NCBI RefSeq assembly: GCF_902713615.1
Contig: NC_052153.1
Coordinates: forward strand, 191,317,394 to 191,381,393
Length of the DNA: 64,000 bases
From: Scyliorhinus canicula
Taxonomy: Eukaryota
Reading direction: 5' to 3'
Made by a program: the position numbers and the translations under genes. The notes under the pieces are model-generated. The model was not told the origin of the DNA. It worked only from the letters and a program-made list of their open reading frames with translations, and did not search any database. Of the stretch, positions 58,995 to 64,000 are shown piece after piece. Each line of letters opens with the position of its first letter. The stretch's first letter is position 1.

Positions 58995-60031
58995 CAAGGG
59001 GTCCGACCCCAATTGGTCAGGATAGATCAGGGTGATCGAGACCCTATCCATCCATTGGACCTTCACCTGGGACCACCCAAAAGGGTACGAAAGCTAGAAG
59101 GACGAAAGGTGCTGCGTAGCCCACCACTCGCTCTCTCGACAGCCAAGAACAACGGTGAATCCATCACCAACCAAGGGGAGAACCATCCACGCCATCCACA
59201 GAGGGACCAGAGCCGAGGACACAGGCATCCAGCTACAAGAACTCCAGCACTGCCACACTACCAGATCCTAGATAAGGCCATATCTGCTCTGTACTTGCCA
59301 GTCACCTGGAAGTTAAGTTAGGGTCATTTATAAGTGTATAAGTTCTGTCTTTGGTAACTGCACTTCCCTTTTTACGCTGTGGCAATGTAGTTCCCGTGCG
59401 GCTCTGCACAGCGAAATGATTCCGTCTGTGACATTTCGTACAGGTCTCGCTGAAGGCATTGTTTCACTGGGTGGGCGTGGCCACAGCTTTAACATGTTGC
59501 GTCGTGTGCAAAATGCCACCGTCGGGAGCACGCCGTTTTTTCAAGTGCGCCACGGAATCAGCCTGAGATCTGTTACGAAACAGTCAATTGTTTCACCTGC
59601 CTTTCTGGACACTTTTTGGGAATGGCAGATTGGCCATGCCAAGTATCGGGCCCGGGAATGCCTGCCCTCAAGAGATGGGGGTGATGGGAAGTTCAAAGAG
59701 CACCTACGTTGGGTGCAATGGGGGAGGGGGAGGTCCGTGAATACTCTCCCTGCATGGGGAGATGACCTCGTCAGTGCGGGAAAGGATGGAAGTGTGGCCC
59801 CGGTGACGCTATAGTCCCGTTAAACCGTGCCCGTTAACCCTGTTTGCCTCTCGACAATTTTTCTGCCACTTGTTTTGAATTAAACAGGTTTCCTGTTATT
59901 CAGTAAATTCAGGAAGCTGTCTCATCCATTTAGGGCGATTTCACAAGTGTGAACAAATATCTTGAGTAATTTCTGCATTTCAGTGTCAATAGACAAGGAG
60001 CAGCGAGTGAGAGAGGTGAAAGACTGAAGGA
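58995..60031 (+). promoter_or_regulatory. Putative upstream/promoter region of gene B (right half)
   Basis: Proximal ~80 bp shared with gene A; GGGTGGGCGTGGCC near 59469; TTCCTG/CAGGAAG ETS-like cores near 59890-59916. Confidence 0.35.
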
Positions 60032-60098
60032 ATGGCGGTGGCTTCTGTCTACGTTCGGCTCTCCACACTCCTGCTGTCTGTCCCGGTGCTGGGTTACA
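60032..60098 (+). CDS. Gene B exon 1: signal-peptide (leader) exon MAVASVYVRLSTLLLSVPVLGY
   Basis: ATG at 60032, hydrophobic leader, A|GTAGGT phase-1 donor at 60099; lies 885 bp upstream of the V exon acceptor. Confidence 0.75.
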
Positions 60099-60394
60099 GT
60101 AGGTGCTGCTTCTTCCTAATAATTCCTCAAAGTTGTTTTGAATTGTGCTTTTTATTACTTCCCTGTCGGATTCTAGAGTGGGTGATGTCCAAAGCAGAGC
60201 TGGTGGAACAGGGTGGGGTAGAATGATTGGGAAGATTTGAGCAAGGTGCAGAGAACATGATCCAGGACTAGGCCATGCAGCACCCCCCCCCCCCCCCCCC
60301 CCCCCCCTCCCCCAACTCGAGCCTGAGCCCAGATTCAATGATTGGGGTCTGAATTCCATCCACTTGGATCTGGCTCACTAACGCCCTTCAAGTT

Positions 60395-60810
60395 TCATAG
60401 AATCCCTACAGTACAGAAAGTCTGCACCCACCCTTTGAAAGACCACCCTATCTAGCCCCACTCCTCCGCCCTATCCCCATAACCCCACCCCACCTAACCT
60501 GCACACCTTTGGACCATGGGAGGAAACCAGAGCACTCGGAGGAAACCCACACTGACATGGGGAGAACGTGCAAACTCCACACAGACAGTGACCCAAGGCC
60601 GGAATTGAACCCGGGACCCTGATGCTGTGAGGCTGCAGTGCCAACCACTGTGCCGTCCAAGGGAAGGAAATCTGCCCTCCGTACCTGGTCTGGCCTACAT
60701 GTGACTCCAGACACACAGCAACTTGGTTGACTCTTAATTGACCTCGGGCATGGGCAGCAAATGCTGACCCAGCCAACGAGACCCACAGCCCATGAACGAA
60801 TATTTTTTAA
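60395..60810. mobile_element. HE1-type SINE (minus, ~60395-60655) adjoining a second-family SINE body (+, ~60656-60810) in gene B intron 1
   Basis: Similarity to the SINE copies at 36450 and 7095. Confidence 0.75.
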
Positions 60811-60983
60811 AAACGTGCAAGCCCGCACTGTCACTGCATCAGGATTGGACAATCGCAGTCTGACGAGATGATGTATCTATTTTCACTCTGTAACAGACTC
60901 AGTATATTGAGCCTCGCAGTTTGTTTTTGACACACTGCTGTCTGTCCCTGTGCTGTTTTAATATTCTCTCTCTCTCCGCACAG

Positions 60984-61379
60984 GGTATTCTCTGAATAAT
61001 TGGACAATGACCGTGGCGGATGGCGTGAGTGTGGGGGAAGGGGGAACGGCTGTCCTGCCGTGTCGTTTCACCCACCCCCCACCCCCTAATCAGAGCGTCA
61101 CCGGCTCCGTGATGTGGTACACCTCTGACTCAGTGAATCATGAAATAACTTTCCGATGTACATATCCTGGTGCAGACCCTTCACAGGGTGAACCGTGTGA
61201 GAGTGGGAAGCAGCGGGATGCTAGGAGCCGATTCCGATTCGTGGGCGATCTCCGCAACAATGATGCCTCAATAATGATGGAGCGACTGAGCCGGGCGGAC
61301 AGTGATGTTTATCACTGCTGTGTGGAGCTCAATATCGGCAAATTTCACACACTGAGAGGAACCATTCTGAAAGTGAGAG
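60984..61379 (+). CDS. SIGLEC15: Gene B exon 2: Siglec-15-like Ig V-set domain (396 bp, phase 1-1), essential Arg replaced by Cys
   Basis: Open exon of about 81% aa identity to the gene A V exon. (CT)n-CGCACAG acceptor ends at 60983; G|GTGAGT donor at 61380. Motif reads YHCCVE (TGT at 61319-61321) versus YHCRVE in gene A. Confidence 0.8.
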
Positions 61380-61659
61380 GTGAGTATCGATGTTCAGGGT
61401 GGCAGCTGCCCCCTCCACCTCCAGTTCAATGGGTAGAGACGCCCAAACGGCCGTGGAGGTGATTTATTTTGCTCCAAACGGTTTATAAACGGGACACATT
61501 TCCATTGACCTGATTGGATGGTCTTTCAGTGCACTGAATGGCCATTCAGGTAGAACGCTCTGATTGGCTACTCAGGGATTCCAGGGAGGCATTTCAGCAG
61601 GTGAGCGGCAACAGGGATAGTCAGAGTGTGAAAGGGAGTGAGAGAGTCGGAGTGAGCAT

Positions 61660-62355
61660 TCGTGAAAAAGAGTCAGAGAGAGTGAGGGGATAGAGGGAGA
61701 GAGTCAGAGTGGAGAAAGGAGAGAACGATAGAGAGTCAGAATGGGGAAAGGAGAGATAGAGAGTCAGAGTGGGGAAAGGAGAGAAAGATAGAGAGTCAGA
61801 GTGGGGAAAGGAGAGAAAGATAGAGAGTCAGAGTGGGGAAAGGAGCGAAAGATAGAGAGTCAGAGTGGGGAAAGGAGAGAAAGATAGAGAGTCAGAGTGG
61901 GGAAAGGAGAGAAAGATAGAGAGTCAGAGTGGGGAAAGGAGAGAAAGATAGAGAGTCAGAGTGGGGAAAGGAGAGAAAGATAGAGAGTCAGTGTGGGGAA
62001 AGGAGAGAAAGATAGAGAGTCAGAGTGGGGAAAGGAGAGAAAGATAGAGAGTCAGAGTGGGGAAAGGAGAGAAAGATAGAGAGTCAGAGTAGGGAAAGGA
62101 GAGAAAGATAGAGAGTCAGAGTGGAGAAAGGAGAGTCAGAGTGGGGAAAGGAGAGAAAGATAGAGAGTCAGAGTGGGGAAAGGAGAGAAAGATAGAGAGT
62201 CAGAGTGGGGAAAGGAGAGAAAGATAGAGAGTCAGAGTGGGGAAAGGAGAGAAAGATAGAGAGTCAGAGTGGGGAAAGGAGAGAAAGATAGAGAGTCAGA
62301 GTGGGGAAAGGAGAGAAAGATAGAGAGTCAGAGTGGGGAAAGGAGAGATAGAGAT
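61660..62355. repeat. Purine-rich minisatellite, ~20 x 32 bp
   Basis: Unit GTGGGGAAAGGAGAGAAAGATAGAGAGTCAGA recurs at 61769, 61801, 61833 ... 62333, with one 20-bp shortened unit at 62121. Confidence 0.95.
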
Positions 62356-62359
62356 TCAG

Positions 62360-63205
62360 GGTGGGTATTAAGATCCAGGAAGCAGAACGGGAGGGTGAAC
62401 ATCTGTTTATTTACAGTCACAAAAAGTCTGCCGATGGCAGCAAATATATACACAGACTAAAGTTCTGTTAGGACAGCCAACTTGCCGGTCCCTGGCTGGG
62501 TCGGCCTTTATACTGTGTTCATGTGAGCCCCAGCTGACCTGGCCTCCGCCCACTAGCGGGAAGCTCAGATTCCACGAGTCCCACAGGGAGATCAATCAGA
62601 GTATTCCCGTGGGCCACGCCTCAAATCTGAAAGCACCCCCTCTGCATAATCTGGAGGAGGCCTTCTGTGCCGCTTCCCACATGGTTGCGCTTCCGCCAGT
62701 GCCGGGCCTGGGTCAGGTGACATTTTTCGAGACCTCTGGAGGGATACAGCCGGGAGCCGGGGGGGGGGGGGGGGGGGGGAGAGGGGGGGGGGGGGGGTCT
62801 GCTCTGGACACGACATCGTCTGTGAGTGCAGGCGCTTTAGTGTCCATCTCCAAGCCTAAATTGTCATCGTCTTGACGGCCTGGGTTTTGAACCACAGCGG
62901 GCTGCATTCCTTGGAGTAGTCCATGAGGTGGTGGAGGTACCAACGTCTCTGGCCGGGCACCCTCTGAGGTGCGATCTCGAGATGGTCAATGTGCTGACGC
63001 AAGGCCTTCCCTTGGGTCTCGACCTGATAAGATACGGGCCCAGTTTTCTCCAACACACTCCCCGGGATCCAAAGGGCGCCGTCTCTAAAATTCCGGACAA
63101 AAATAATTGACAACGTCTCCTGACTTCCTGTGGTCACGATACTTCCTTTGCATATCTAGTTGCAGCTCGGTTTTCTGCCCAAACTTGGGTAAGTCAGACT
63201 TAAGC
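62360..63205 (-). mobile_element. Gypsy 3' fragment (integrase C-terminus and probable LTR)
   Basis: FVRNFRDGALWIPG..TGPVSYQV..RQHIDHL; TATAAA and AATAAA on minus within 62400-62515. Confidence 0.65.
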
Positions 63206-63720
63206 GGGTTATGAGTCAAGTGCTCGCCATTATGGTCGTATCGTCAGCAAACCTGTCGATGGAGGTGGAACCAAATTTTGCCACACAGTCGTGTGTGTAC
63301 AGGGGGTATAGTAGGGGACTAAGTACGCAGCCTGACGGGGCCCCGGTATTGAGGACTATTGTGGAGGAGGTGTTGGTGTTTATCCTTACCGATTGTGGTC
63401 TGTGGGTCAGAAAGTCGAGGATCCAGTTGCAGAGGGAGGAGCCAAGTCCTAGGTTTTGGAGCTTTGATATGAGCTTGGCTGGGATCATGGTGTTGAAGGT
63501 GAAATGAAAATGAAATGAAAATCGCTTATTGTCACGAGTAGGCTTCAATGAAGTTACTGTGAAAAGCCCCTAGTTGCCACATTCCGGCGCCTGTCCGGGG
63601 AGGCTGGTACGGGAATCGAACCGTGCTGCTGGCCTGCTTGGTAAGCCAGCGATTTAGCCTTGTGAGCTAAACCAGCCCCTAAACCAGGTGGAGCTGCAGT
63701 CTACAAATAGGAGTCTGATG
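63205..63720 (-). mobile_element. Rex1/Babar RT fragment
   Basis: [49 protein letters not shown]. Confidence 0.85.
63502..63680 (-). mobile_element. tRNA-derived SINE, third family, inserted in Rex1 RT; fragment also at ~35990-36090
   Basis: A-box-like TTTAGCTCAC and B-box GGTTCGATTCCC on minus; (TTTCA)n tail. Confidence 0.7.
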
Positions 63721-63904
63721 TAGGAGTCCTTGTTGCCGAGATGTGGTTTGTGGTTGGATTTGGGCGGTGATGGTGGCCATTTTGGGTGGGCGTGGAACCA
63801 AGGTAGGCCTGGAGTCAGCTCAATCTCCTCATGAGGTGGATGTGGCAGATAAAGGGGGGGGGGGTGTCAGAGACCCCCTGTCAGGATGGTCACGTAGCAC
63901 ATAG

Positions 63905-64000
63905 TCAGCACGGTGGTGCAGTAGTTGGCACTGCTGCCTACGGCGCCGAGGACCCGGGTTCGATCCTGGTCCCAGGCTACTGTCTGGTTCAGCACACTGG
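63905..64000 (+). mobile_element. 5' part of an HE1-type SINE at the window edge
   Basis: tRNA-like head with GGTTCGATCC. Confidence 0.6.

Noticed and set aside
39580-59360. LTR-like sequence flanking the Gypsy on both sides as a fifth nesting level
   Set aside because: The composition is suggestive, but I could not define TG..CA ends, a TSD or a second copy; it needs a repeat-library search.
60092-60098. Alternative leader donor CTGG|GTTACA giving VLG-YS
   Set aside because: GTTACA is a poor donor; A|GTAGGT is closer to consensus, is also phase 1 and is conserved in both paralogs.
2972-63680. A/B-box sequences as tRNA genes
   Set aside because: All are heads of SINEs followed by SINE cores and LINE-like tails; no complete cloverleaf.

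Overview
Eukaryotic, repeat-dense DNA that looks elasmobranch (shark-like); this is inferred from HE1-type V-SINEs, HER1/CR1 LINEs and shark-type L1s. Host genes: two paralogous Siglec-15-like Ig V-set genes arranged head-to-head. Gene A (minus) has a leader exon at 38994-38928 and a V exon at 7975-7580. Gene B (plus) has a leader exon at 60032-60098 and a V exon at 60984-61379. Gene B carries Cys (TGT) where gene A has the essential sialic-acid-binding Arg (CGT). By hand count the two V exons differ at 25 amino-acid-changing codons but only 5 silent ones, concentrated on the ligand-binding face. Their ~1.76-kb shared upstream region is split by a 19.3-kb four-level nest (Gypsy > CR1 > Copia > L1, plus a SINE), and every junction shows a target-site duplication (TSD). 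The rest of the window is L1, CR1, Rex1/Babar, hAT, MITE, SINE and solo-LTR material plus two minisatellites. I found no C2-set, transmembrane or tail exons in the window. All counts and alignments were done by eye.
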